Positions 43,285-52,798 are shown, counted from the first letter of the stretch. The stretch is 64,000 nucleotides of DNA from Dehalococcoidia bacterium (GCA_009377745.1 WHTK01000011.1:18527-82526); one strand, 5' to 3'. Notes: generated by a model not told the origin, from the sequence alone. Made by a program: numbers and translations.

Positions 43285-43506
43285 GCAGGGAGAGTAGCCG
43301 CTTCCCCCCTTCCGCGCGAGGCTCTATGAGTTGGATACCGGGACTGATGCCACGGCGTACAGATGGCGGATTGAGGGACAAGGATGCCGTAAGGCGTTTT
43401 CACGTTGGACGCGGAAAGATCTGTGGTTGGGGAGTTTTATCCTCGCGGTTAGTCGCTGAGGATGGCAGGGGATGGGGATGAACCGAAGCGTTGTGAGGAG
43501 GGTGAT

Positions 43507-43917
43507 TTAGCTCTCGTCCACCAGCTTGTGCAACGACTCTACCAGCACCTCGGGGTCGAATGGCTTGTTCAGGGATGCCTCCGCGCCCAACTCCCGCCGC
43601 GCCTCCTCCGCCTGGTAGGCGGATAGCACCAGCACCGGCGTCGAGTAGCCGCTGCCGCGCATCTCTTTGTAGAAGGTGCGGCCGTCCATCACCGGCATCT
43701 GCAGGTCCAGGACAATGGCGTCAAAGTTGCCGTCCTGCTGCATCTGATCGAGTCCCTCCTGGCCGTGTCGCGCGGTGGTCACGTCAAAGCCGTCCGAGAT
43801 CAGAGACAGCCGCAGCATGCGCAGCAAAGAGGAATCGTCATCGATCACCAGTACACGCGCTGCCGGCACTGCTTCGGCCGTCTCCTTAATACTTATATCG
43901 TCTAACACCTTTACCAT
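43507..43917 (-). CDS. Single-domain response regulator (CheY-like)
   Basis: VLVIDDD, LDLQMPVMDG and KPF. Confidence 0.92.
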   Translation of the reverse strand: MVKVLDDISIKETAEAVPAARVLVIDDDSSLLRMLRLSLISDGFDVTTARHGQEGLDQMQQDGNFDAIVLDLQMPVMDGRTFYKEMRGSGYSTPVLVLSAYQAEEARRELGAEASLNKPFDPEVLVESLHKLVDES

Positions 43918-44109
43918 TTCTTATTAAACTAGAAAAGCCCTATCGGAAACGCATAGACCTGGACATAAAGATTTCGCCCTTATGGTGAAGCAGATTAGCA
44001 GCCCGGCCCCCCGTGGGCCATATCGGCGCCGTTTTAGTTTCATAGCGGCCGCGTGACGTTCCTGCCCTCAGGCCCTAACATAGGCGCCAATGCAAGGATC
44101 GGCAGCGAG

Positions 44110-44271
44110 ATGAAATCCCGTATACTCATCGGCTTCATCGGCCTGGCGCTGATTGCCGGCGCGCTGCTGATCTTCCTCCTCCTTCAGGACGGCTCCTCCG
44201 GCGCTGACGGCGGCACCGAGGGCATACCCTCATCCGCAACCTTGCCACCATCCATCATCAGCGCGCTCTAG
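44110..44271 (+). CDS. Small single-TM protein
   Basis: MKSRILIGFIGLALIAGALLIFLLL followed by a short tail. Confidence 0.5.
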   Translation: MKSRILIGFIGLALIAGALLIFLLLQDGSSGADGGTEGIPSSATLPPSIISAL

Positions 44272-44494
44272 CTCCATCGGGGTTTTCCCTAAGTTTTGGC
44301 GACGGAAGCGATTAGTCGCGTCCGCTATATAGATGATTTTTGCCGCTTTGTTTACGGATTCGTTATGTGTGTGTTACTGTCTCTGACGATGTAACAGCGG
44401 CATCGCAGGGACGTTGTTATAGCGAAGGCCCAAGAAGGGCAAGGACTTTGCCAGGACTCGGACGCCCTGGCCCAGCAAGCAAGGAGGCATCTCT

Positions 44495-45139
44495 ATGCGA
44501 AGGAGCGTCTTATTCTCTCTGCTGATCATCGGCGCTGCGATCAGCGTTGTGGTCGGCGCCGGCACCTTCGGTGCGTTCTCTGACGAGGAGAACATCGACG
44601 GTACCGTCACCTCAGCCATCGTCGACTTCGAGCTCTCGGGCGATGGCGCCAGCACCGGGACCACGGAAAACCCAGTCGATGAGACTCTGGAGATCAGCTT
44701 TGATGCTCTGGGCGTCACGTGTGGCTTCGCGTTCTTCGCCCCCGGCAGCAGCTGCGAGCTGGAAATTGACCTAACACGGGCCAACATCCTTCAGCAACTC
44801 GCTGTTGACCTGAGCGTCACGGCCTTCACCGTTGAAGGCGTGGGCGACACCAACGCCGCCCCTGACCTCGACGTTGCAGCTCAATCCATCGGCATTGACT
44901 GCGATAGCGTGGCCGGGGCCGACTGGCACATCTCCTGGGACTGGTTCGACGACGGCGGTGATGACGACGAATTTATGCCGGCCGCAAACGACGACACCGG
45001 CCAGCGTATTGACGTGACTGTTTCTCTGGACGGCGACGCCCAGAACGGCTGCCAGAACAGCGAGATCGACCCGATCCTGATCACCATTCAGGCGTTGCAG
45101 GCCACGCCTGACCCGCACAAGGCCAACGACCTGCCTTAA
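44495..45139 (+). CDS. TasA/CalY-like protein with SipW-type signal peptide
   Basis: RBS AAGGAGG, GAGTFGAFSDEE cleavage motif, FAPG and AQNGCQN. Confidence 0.8.
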   Translation: MRRSVLFSLLIIGAAISVVVGAGTFGAFSDEENIDGTVTSAIVDFELSGDGASTGTTENPVDETLEISFDALGVTCGFAFFAPGSSCELEIDLTRANILQQLAVDLSVTAFTVEGVGDTNAAPDLDVAAQSIGIDCDSVAGADWHISWDWFDDGGDDDEFMPAANDDTGQRIDVTVSLDGDAQNGCQNSEIDPILITIQALQATPDPHKANDLP

Positions 45140-45194
45140 GGTCTCGGAACGGATTTAGCGGGTAATCAGGTAGTAGCTAAGGTACGGATAGCGG

Positions 45195-46022
45195 ATGAAG
45201 TCACTTTTTCGCCTCTCGTTCTTGCTTGCATCGCTGACTCTGGTGGGGTTCATGGGCCTTAATGGGGCCCTGGACCCCGCCGGGGTCGCCCGCGTGCAAG
45301 CGCACACCATCACCATCGAAGCGACGAGTGACGGGAACGATACCCTCACCTTCGGCATCACCGCTGCCTGCGATGCCCAGGCCCTGGCCCCCGGCGACCA
45401 GTGCGTGGCCACGGTCGCCGTCGAGAACACCGGCGCGGCCACGGTAGAAATCAGCGACCCCGCCCTCCAGACCAGCGGCACGCTCACCACCTGCGATGGC
45501 GGCGGCTGGCTCCAGGTCTCGCTAACGGACTACAACCCCAACACCAACACCCTCGATGTCGGCGACACGGTGGAGTTCGACGTACTGGTCGACTTCGGCG
45601 ACGCCGGCAACCCCTGTCAGGACCAGACCGCCCTGATCCAGATCACCATCGTGGCGGACTGCGTCTTCGCCGCCGATGACCCGGAGTGCGGCGGCGAGGA
45701 ACCCCCGGACGAGGATGAGCAACCGCCTGACGAGGATGAGGATGAAGACGAGGATGAGGACGAAAGTCCCACGGTCGTCGTTGTCCCACCCCCGGTAAGC
45801 GAGGTCGGCGGCGCCACCACGGCTCCGCCAGCCCAGCCCCAGACCACCTTCACGGCCGAGGTCCAGCCCTCCCGCTTCCCGACCACGGGCAGCGGCGGCT
45901 ACCTCAGCGATGACCTGCGCTCCGCCTCGCGCCTGGTCCTGATCGGCACCGGCAGCGTGGCTGCCACCCTCTTCGCCATCTCCCTCCTGATCTGGTTCAA
46001 CCGCAGAGAGGAAGAACGATGA
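45195..46022 (+). CDS. TasA-like domain protein with sortase sorting signal
   Basis: Signal peptide, LAPGDQC...VENTG, AGNPCQD, an acidic/Pro linker, then FPTTG + TM + RR. Confidence 0.8.
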   Translation: MKSLFRLSFLLASLTLVGFMGLNGALDPAGVARVQAHTITIEATSDGNDTLTFGITAACDAQALAPGDQCVATVAVENTGAATVEISDPALQTSGTLTTCDGGGWLQVSLTDYNPNTNTLDVGDTVEFDVLVDFGDAGNPCQDQTALIQITIVADCVFAADDPECGGEEPPDEDEQPPDEDEDEDEDEDESPTVVVVPPPVSEVGGATTAPPAQPQTTFTAEVQPSRFPTTGSGGYLSDDLRSASRLVLIGTGSVAATLFAISLLIWFNRREEER

Positions 46023-46645
46023 CGGCCCCCGAGTGGATCGAGGACGAAATGACGTCTCAAACGCAAGAGCAGCGCCCGGCGCGCCGGCCCCTGGCTCTCC
46101 GGCTGGGAAAGCTGCTGTTCAGCTTTACCGCCTGGACCGCCAGCATCGCCGCCGCCCTGATGCTGCTCACGATAATCATCTTTCTGGCCGCGCCCCGGGT
46201 CATGGGACTCGAAGGCCTGGTTGTCCTCACGGGCAGCATGGAGCCTGAGATCCCCGTCGGCGGCATGGTCTTCATCAAGGACGTCGATCCCAACTCGATC
46301 CACACCGGCGACGTCATCACCTACGGCGAAGCCAGCATCAGCACCACCCACCGCGTTGTGGAGGTAGTCAACGACCCGGTCGACGGCCTTCTCTTCCGCA
46401 CCAAGGGCGACAACAACGACGCGGTCGATACATTGCCCGTACTCGCCGCTTCGGTCCGCGGCAAGGCCAGCTTTACCCTGCCCCAGGTAGGCTACCTGGT
46501 CGATGCGCTCAAGGACCGCGGCAACTTCTATCTATTCATCGGCCTGCCGGCGGCGCTGCTCGTCCTGAACGAGCTGGTCAACATCGCTAGAGACATGCGC
46601 AACCCCGGCACAGCCCGCAGCACGCGCAAGGAGGCATCAGCGTGA
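46019..46645 (+). CDS. sipW: Signal peptidase I, SipW/ER-type
   Basis: VLTGSMEP (Ser), THRVV (His) and TKGDNN. Confidence 0.9.
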   Translation: MTAPEWIEDEMTSQTQEQRPARRPLALRLGKLLFSFTAWTASIAAALMLLTIIIFLAAPRVMGLEGLVVLTGSMEPEIPVGGMVFIKDVDPNSIHTGDVITYGEASISTTHRVVEVVNDPVDGLLFRTKGDNNDAVDTLPVLAASVRGKASFTLPQVGYLVDALKDRGNFYLFIGLPAALLVLNELVNIARDMRNPGTARSTRKEASA

Positions 46646-49185
46646 AGATGCGCTTTCCGCTCCTCGTACTCCTTCTAGTCGCCGGCTGCGTGCTTGTCAC
46701 GCCTGGCATGGCGCATTTCGGCGCCAGCTACACGGCATTTTCAGACACAGAAAATATCAGCGCCTCGGCCGAGTCTGGCGTCTGGCTTGGCACGATCAAG
46801 ATCATTAAGGTCGCCACGCCCTCAGATGGCACCGACTTTGCCTTCACGGGCGCCGGCGGCGACTTGCCGGCCAGCTTCACCCTGGACGACGATAACGATT
46901 CGAACGCCACCCACGACGATGAGGTGGAGTTCCTGCTCACCGCCGACGAGGGTCCCTTCACGATTAGTGAGGATGGGCCCCTGCCTGCCGGTTGGCAGCT
47001 CGCCGGCATCGATTGCGTAGTGGTGGGCACATCAACCTATTCCATCGACGGAAACGTCGACGATGGCGACTTTGACGCCGGGGATGACTCGGTCGAAATC
47101 GATCTCGTCGCGGGCGATACTGTCACCTGTACCTTTAACAATGTCAGGGACGGCTCGATCACCATCATCAAGGACGTCAACCCTGAGCCAGACACGACGG
47201 ACTTCTCCTTCACGGCCACCGGCGCCGGCATGACGCCGTCACCGTTCAGCCTGGATGACGACGCCGACCTGGGCCTCTCCAACACCCGCGTCTTCGCCGA
47301 CCTGGCCAACGGTGGCTCGCGCAGCGTCACAGAGGACACCGAGACCGGCTACACCGTCACGAACATCGTCTGCACCGGCGACACGGCCTCTACCGTGACG
47401 ATCGGCGCCGCCGGTGACTTCAATGACGGCGATACCGGTGTGACCATCGTCCTGGCGGATGGTGAGGACATTACCTGTACCTTCACCAACACGCTGGACA
47501 CCGGCACCATCCGCATCATCAAGGATGTGGCCGGCGGCACGGACCCGCAGGACTTCAGCTTCACGGACAACATCCCGGCGCCTTGCGTCATCGACGAAAT
47601 CGACGACGACGGCGTGGGCAACAACTATATCGAGTGCACGAGTGTCCCAACCTCGTCCTATACGGTTGCTGAGACGGGCGAGACAGGCTGGACATTTACG
47701 GGTCTAGCGTGTGTCGATAGCGTGACTGACAACAGCAGTGAAGCCGGCTCGACCGCGACCATCGTCCTGGACAAGGACGAGACGGTCACCTGTACCTTCA
47801 CCAACACGCGTGACACCGGCACCATCCGCATCATCAAGGACGTGGCCGGCGGCACCGACGCGCAGGACTTCAGCTTCACGGACAATATCCCGGCGCCCTG
47901 TGTCATCGACGAAATCGACGACGATGGCGTTGGCAACAACTACATCGAGTGCACCGGCGTCCCGACCGCCACCTACACGGTCACGGAGACGGGCGAGGAC
48001 GGCTGGTTGCTGACCAACCTCGACTGCGTCGATAGCGTGACGAGCAATAGCAGCGACACCGGATCGACAGCGACCATCGTCCTGGACAAGGACGAGACGG
48101 TGACCTGTACCTTCACCAACACCAAGCAGACCGGCACCGTGATCATCATCAAGGACGTCACCGGCTCGACGACGGAGCCGCAAGACTTTACGTTCACGGA
48201 AGCCATCCCGAACTGCACCATCCCAACCCTGGACGACGACACGGGCAGCAACCCCACGCCGCCGAACGGCGTCACCTGCACCGAGGTGCCTGTTGGCGGC
48301 CCCTACGCGGTAACTGAGGACGCCCTTGCAGGGTGGTCTGTAACGGTCAACTGCGTCGATACCGTGACGAACAACAGCACCGAGAACAACGCCACCCGCA
48401 CCGGCAGCATCAATCTGGAGTCCGGCGAGACGGTCACCTGTACCTTCACCAACACCAAGGTCGGCACGATCACGATTATCAAGGATGTGCGTGACTCAGA
48501 GGGTGATACGACCAGCTCGACGTCCTTCGCATTCACCAGCAACATCACCGGCACGTGTACGCCGGATACAACGCCCGCGGCCTTCTCCCTAGCCGATGGC
48601 GGCGCGGGCGGCGGCTCTGCCAGCGAAACCTGCAGCGTGGCACCCGGCACCTACACGGTTACCGAAACGCTGCCAACCGCCGGTTGGGGCTTCGTCCCCC
48701 AAAGCTGTGTTGACCTGACGAACAACAGCGCTATCACCCACACGACAGGTAGCGATACCGCGACAGCCACGATTGTCGTGAACGGCACGGAGAACATCAC
48801 CTGCACGTTCATCAACTTCATCATCCCGTCCGCCTGTCTGGCAGACGGCTTCGACAACGCCACCGTGGTAATCATGCCGCCAGACCTGCTCAACTACACG
48901 GGCGGGAACTTCCTGCAGATCATCGTTGGCAATGCCTTGAACAACACGATCACGGGTGACAATGCCAAGGATTGCATCCTCGGCGGTCCTGGCAATGACA
49001 CCCTCAATGGCGGCAACGGCAGTGACGTCCTCATCGGCGGCAGTGGCAACGACACCCTCAACGGTGGTAATAGCCCGGATAAGCTCTTTGGTGACGACGG
49101 TGACGACACTCTGGATGGCGGATCGAGCAATGATGTTATTTGTAACGGTGGTACTGGCACCAACACGCTTATCGATTGCCCCTAA
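46642..49185 (+). CDS. Large secreted adhesin-like protein: SipW-type signal, six prealbumin/CnaB-like repeats, RTX-like tail
   Basis: YTAFSDTE motif, six GTIxIIK...TCTFxN units, and GGxGND nonapeptides. Confidence 0.85.
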   Translation: MKMRFPLLVLLLVAGCVLVTPGMAHFGASYTAFSDTENISASAESGVWLGTIKIIKVATPSDGTDFAFTGAGGDLPASFTLDDDNDSNATHDDEVEFLLTADEGPFTISEDGPLPAGWQLAGIDCVVVGTSTYSIDGNVDDGDFDAGDDSVEIDLVAGDTVTCTFNNVRDGSITIIKDVNPEPDTTDFSFTATGAGMTPSPFSLDDDADLGLSNTRVFADLANGGSRSVTEDTETGYTVTNIVCTGDTASTVTIGAAGDFNDGDTGVTIVLADGEDITCTFTNTLDTGTIRIIKDVAGGTDPQDFSFTDNIPAPCVIDEIDDDGVGNNYIECTSVPTSSYTVAETGETGWTFTGLACVDSVTDNSSEAGSTATIVLDKDETVTCTFTNTRDTGTIRIIKDVAGGTDAQDFSFTDNIPAPCVIDEIDDDGVGNNYIECTGVPTATYTVTETGEDGWLLTNLDCVDSVTSNSSDTGSTATIVLDKDETVTCTFTNTKQTGTVIIIKDVTGSTTEPQDFTFTEAIPNCTIPTLDDDTGSNPTPPNGVTCTEVPVGGPYAVTEDALAGWSVTVNCVDTVTNNSTENNATRTGSINLESGETVTCTFTNTKVGTITIIKDVRDSEGDTTSSTSFAFTSNITGTCTPDTTPAAFSLADGGAGGGSASETCSVAPGTYTVTETLPTAGWGFVPQSCVDLTNNSAITHTTGSDTATATIVVNGTENITCTFINFIIPSACLADGFDNATVVIMPPDLLNYTGGNFLQIIVGNALNNTITGDNAKDCILGGPGNDTLNGGNGSDVLIGGSGNDTLNGGNSPDKLFGDDGDDTLDGGSSNDVICNGGTGTNTLIDCP
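47497..48126 (+). repeat. Intragenic tandem duplication, 2 x 315 bp
   Basis: Repeats 3 and 4 (47497-47811, 47812-48126) are near-identical. Confidence 0.9.
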
Positions 49186-49232
49186 GCCGGTTAATTCGGA
49201 CCAGCGTGCTTATTGACAGCGCGAGATAGGAC

Positions 49233-49262
49233 ATAGAGGGGCCTTTTCAAGGGCCCCTCTAT
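49233..49262. other. Hairpin between adhesin and sortase genes
   Basis: ATAGAGGGGCC-ttttcaag-GGCCCCTCTAT, with TTGACA at 49213. Confidence 0.55.
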
Positions 49263-49271
49263 GATTAAGGC

Positions 49272-49895
49272 ATGAATCGTAGACGCATCCTCCCCCTCGT
49301 CCTGGCCGTGATAGCCCTGGCTACGGTGCTGGGCATCGTGGCGGGCGGGTTGCTGCGGGATGGCGCCGCGCCGGGGCCGGTCGCGGTTGCGCCCACGGCT
49401 GTCGCGCCATCGCCAACAGCCACGCCCGCGCCGAGCAGCGCCGCCATCGTCCGGCTGCAGGTGCCGCGTATTGGCATCGACGCCGGCGTCGTCAGCCTGG
49501 GCGTCGACCCGGACGGGACCATGCAGTCGCCGGCGAAGCCGATGGACGTGGGCTGGTATCGCTTCGCGTCGCTGCCGGGGCACGGCGGCAACGTCGTCAT
49601 GTCGGGCCACGTCGACTACGTCAACTTCGGGGCGGCCGTCTTCTATCGGTTGAAGGAGCTGCAGCCGGGCGACCGGATCATCGTCGGCCTCGAAGATGGC
49701 CTCAGCTTCGCCTACGAGGTCGAGAGCCTGACCACCTACAACGCCAACGACCCGGTGCAGGAGGCCGTGGGGCCGACGGCGGCGGAGAGCGTCACCCTGA
49801 TCACCTGCACCGGCGCCTTCGACGCCGCCTCGCGGGAGTACGACAAGCGGCTCGTCGTGCGCGGCAGGCTGGTCGAGACGGCCAGCGCGCGCTGA
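49272..49895 (+). CDS. Class F sortase
   Basis: N-terminal TM, GWY...PG..GN...GHVDY, LITC and a downstream R. Confidence 0.92.
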   Translation: MNRRRILPLVLAVIALATVLGIVAGGLLRDGAAPGPVAVAPTAVAPSPTATPAPSSAAIVRLQVPRIGIDAGVVSLGVDPDGTMQSPAKPMDVGWYRFASLPGHGGNVVMSGHVDYVNFGAAVFYRLKELQPGDRIIVGLEDGLSFAYEVESLTTYNANDPVQEAVGPTAAESVTLITCTGAFDAASREYDKRLVVRGRLVETASAR

Positions 49896-49947
49896 GGGCC
49901 GGATCGCGCCCGCGAAGCATCTGGATCATGGGTATCGATACCTCGCG

Positions 49948-49964
49948 TCGATAGGAGTAGAATC
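49948..49964 (+). promoter_or_regulatory. Conserved promoter motif upstream of cupin 1
   Basis: TCGATAGGAGTAGAATC is identical at 52736-52752 and contains a -10-like TAGAAT. Confidence 0.65.
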
Positions 49965-50009
49965 ACGCGGGGCGCTGCCCATCGGCGGCGTTTATTGAGG
50001 AGGGAAACA

Positions 50010-51236
50010 ATGACGGCACCGAAGTACACCGAGCCGACCGGCGATCAGAAGGCAGGCTATCTGCATTATAAGCGCCCGGCTTCGCCCTGGGAGCTCTTCC
50101 AGAAGGAAGAAGGCATCCCGGTCTATCGAGGCATCGGCATGCGCGACTCGCGTGACCTGCCGCGCGAGCCCTGGGCGCGCCAGGGCGGCAAGGCGACCTA
50201 CATCCAGCTCATCGGCACCAACAATGCCACGGGTATGTACTGCTGGGAGCTGCCGGGCCGCGGCGCCTCCGAGCCGATCCATCACTTCTACGAAGAGCGA
50301 TTTATCGTGCTCAACGGACGCGGCTCCACCGAGGTCTGGAAAGACGGCTCCAGCGCCAAGAGCACGTTCGAGTGGCAGCCCTGGAGCGTCTTCTCGATCC
50401 CGCTCAACGCCCACTTCCGCGTCGTCAACGCGTCTTCGACGCCGGCCATCCTGCTGGGAGTGAACACGGCGCCGCGGATCATCAACATGTTCCAGAGCAA
50501 GTCCTTCACCTTCAACAATCCCTACAACTTCGAGGACCGCTTCGGCGGCAACCTGGAGGACTACTGGAAGCCGGCCGAAGACTACGAGGCGCACCCGGTC
50601 CAGGGCCGCGCCCAGCTGTCGACCAACCTGTTCCCGGACGCCCAGAGCTGCTACCTGCCGCTCGATAACAACCGGGCGCCGGGCTTTCGTTGGGTCTACC
50701 CGCAGATGGTCGGCAACACCGTCCTCGGCGGCTTCATCGCCGAGTATCCTCCAGGCCGCTACGCCAAGGCGCACCACCACGGCTCCGGCGCGGTGCTGGT
50801 CTGCATGCGCGGCAAGGGCTACAGCATCACCTGGCCGAGCAAGGAAGGCGGCCTGACGCCCTTCCAGGACGGCAAGGGCGACCTGGTGCTCTGGCAAGAG
50901 TACTGGGAAGGCGGCATGATCAGCGCCGCCCCGACCGGCAACCCGAACGAGACCTGGTTCCACCAGCACTTCGCAATCAGCGACGGCCCCTTCCGCGTCT
51001 TCAACTACACCGGCGGCAGCGCCTTCGGTACCGCTACCGGTGGCAGCGAGGGCGAAATGGTCGCCGGCGTCGGCGCCGAGATAACGGACGGCGGCCGGGC
51101 CATCCCCTACCACATGGAAGACCCGTTCCTGCGCAAGCACTTCACGGAGCGGCTCAAGGAAAACAACGCCCGCTTCGACATGCCGGAGGAGGTCTACACC
51201 GAGGCCGGCGCCAACATCAAGGTGATGTCAGACTAA
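50010..51236 (+). CDS. Bicupin protein paralogue A1 (408 aa)
   Basis: HHFYEE...FEWQ..S.FSIP and YAKAHHHGSGA...WFHQHF. Confidence 0.9.
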   Translation: MTAPKYTEPTGDQKAGYLHYKRPASPWELFQKEEGIPVYRGIGMRDSRDLPREPWARQGGKATYIQLIGTNNATGMYCWELPGRGASEPIHHFYEERFIVLNGRGSTEVWKDGSSAKSTFEWQPWSVFSIPLNAHFRVVNASSTPAILLGVNTAPRIINMFQSKSFTFNNPYNFEDRFGGNLEDYWKPAEDYEAHPVQGRAQLSTNLFPDAQSCYLPLDNNRAPGFRWVYPQMVGNTVLGGFIAEYPPGRYAKAHHHGSGAVLVCMRGKGYSITWPSKEGGLTPFQDGKGDLVLWQEYWEGGMISAAPTGNPNETWFHQHFAISDGPFRVFNYTGGSAFGTATGGSEGEMVAGVGAEITDGGRAIPYHMEDPFLRKHFTERLKENNARFDMPEEVYTEAGANIKVMSD

Positions 51237-51248
51237 GAACCTCAGTCA

Positions 51249-51285
51249 GACAACGAAGGGGGCCCGCCGGCCCCTTTCGTTTGTC
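51249..51285 (+). terminator. Intrinsic terminator
   Basis: ACGAAGGGGGCC-cgcc-GGCCCCTTTCGTTT. Confidence 0.75.
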
Positions 51286-51364
51286 CGGAAACCGCGCTCC
51301 GCTGAGACCAAAATGCAGTAAAATCTGCCAGACATCGTTCAAGATTCACGCTAAGGAGACGTCG

Positions 51365-52591
51365 ATGACCGCACCGAAATATGTAGAACCATCAGGCGAT
51401 CAAAAGGCAGGCTACCTGCACTACAAGCGCCCTGCTTCCCCGTGGGAGATCTTCCTCAAGGAAGAGGGCATTCCGGTTTATCATGGCATCGGCATGCGCG
51501 ACTCGCGTGACCTGCCGCGCGCGCCCTGGGCGCGTCAGGGCGGCAAAGCTACCTACATCCAGCTCATCGGCACCAACAACGACACCGGCATGTACTGCTG
51601 GGAGCTCCCCGGCCGCGGCTCATCCGAGGTCATCCACCACTTCTACGAGGAGCGCTTCATCGTCCTCAACGGCCGCGGCTCCACCGAGGTCTGGAAGGAA
51701 GGCAGCAGCGCCAAGACGACCTTCGAGTGGCAGCCCTGGAGCGTATTCTCGATCCCGCTCAACGCCTACTTCCGCGTCGTCAACGCCTCCTCCGGCCCCG
51801 CGATCATCCTCGCCGTGAACACGGCGCCGCGGATCGTCAACATGTTCCAGAGCAAGTCGTTCACCTTCAACAACCCCTACAACTTCGAAGATCGCTTCGG
51901 CGGCAACCTGGAGGACTACTGGAAGCCGGCCGAGGATTACGAAGCGCACCCCGTCCAGGGCCGCGCCCAACTGACGACCAACCTCTTCCCGGACGCGCAG
52001 AACTGCTACCTGCCGCTCGACAACAACCGGGCGCCCGGCTTCCGCTGGGTCTACCCGCAGATGGTCGGCAACACGGTGCTGGGCGGCTTCATCGCCGAGT
52101 ACCCGCCCGGCCGCTACGCCAAGGCGCATCACCACGGCTCCGGCGCCGTCCTGGTCTGCATGCGCGGCAAGGGCTATAGCATCACCTGGCCCAGCAAGGA
52201 AGGCGGCCTGACGCCCTTCCAGGACGGCAAGGGCGACCTCGTCCTCTGGCAGGAGTACTGGGAGGGCGGTATGATCAGCGCCGCCCCCACCGGCAACCCG
52301 AACGAGACCTGGTTCCACCAGCACTTCGCGATCAGCAGCGGCCCCTTCCGCGTCTTCAACTACACCGGTGGCAGCGCCTTCGGGGTGGCGGGGCCCGGCC
52401 AGGAAGGCGACATGGTCGCCGGCATCGGCGCTGAGATCACGGACGGCGGCCGGGCCATCCCCTACCACATGGAAGACCCGTTCCTGCGCAAGCACTTTGA
52501 GGAGCGCCTCAAGGAGAACAGCGGCAGCTTCGACATGCCGGAAGAGGTTTACACCGAAGCCGGCGCCAGCATCAGGGTGATGTCTGACTAG
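51365..52591 (+). CDS. Bicupin protein paralogue A2 (408 aa)
   Basis: RBS AAGGAG. Nearly identical to A1. Confidence 0.9.
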   Translation: MTAPKYVEPSGDQKAGYLHYKRPASPWEIFLKEEGIPVYHGIGMRDSRDLPRAPWARQGGKATYIQLIGTNNDTGMYCWELPGRGSSEVIHHFYEERFIVLNGRGSTEVWKEGSSAKTTFEWQPWSVFSIPLNAYFRVVNASSGPAIILAVNTAPRIVNMFQSKSFTFNNPYNFEDRFGGNLEDYWKPAEDYEAHPVQGRAQLTTNLFPDAQNCYLPLDNNRAPGFRWVYPQMVGNTVLGGFIAEYPPGRYAKAHHHGSGAVLVCMRGKGYSITWPSKEGGLTPFQDGKGDLVLWQEYWEGGMISAAPTGNPNETWFHQHFAISSGPFRVFNYTGGSAFGVAGPGQEGDMVAGIGAEITDGGRAIPYHMEDPFLRKHFEERLKENSGSFDMPEEVYTEAGASIRVMSD

Positions 52592-52610
52592 CAACGTCAA
52601 AGGAACTACA

Positions 52611-52642
52611 GAAAGGGGGCCGTTACCGGCCCCCTTTTCTTG
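52611..52642 (+). terminator. Intrinsic terminator
   Basis: GAAAGGGGGCCG-ttac-CGGCCCCCTTTTCTT. Confidence 0.8.
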
Positions 52643-52735
52643 CCTTGCCAGCCTGTCGCTGTAAGCCGTACGGCTGGCGCTCCCAATCTAATCAGCCGGT
52701 TTCATAACGCCGGCCGGGGCAGGTGATATCTTGCT

Positions 52736-52752
52736 TCGATAGGAGTAGAATC
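52736..52752 (+). promoter_or_regulatory. Conserved promoter motif upstream of cupin 3
   Basis: Identical to 49948-49964. Confidence 0.65.
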
Positions 52753-52798
52753 GCGCCAGACCCCGCATCGCGCATCCCCTTTCGAAGGAGTTACCGAC

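Noticed and set aside
44400-44490. c-di-GMP riboswitch before the TasA-like gene
   Set aside because: GC hairpins are present but the class I/II consensus elements were not recognisable. An Rfam scan would settle it.
50690-51364. 633-aa ORF extension of cupin A2
   Set aside because: Off-frame overlap with A1 that runs through a terminator. The true start is ATG 51365 with an RBS.
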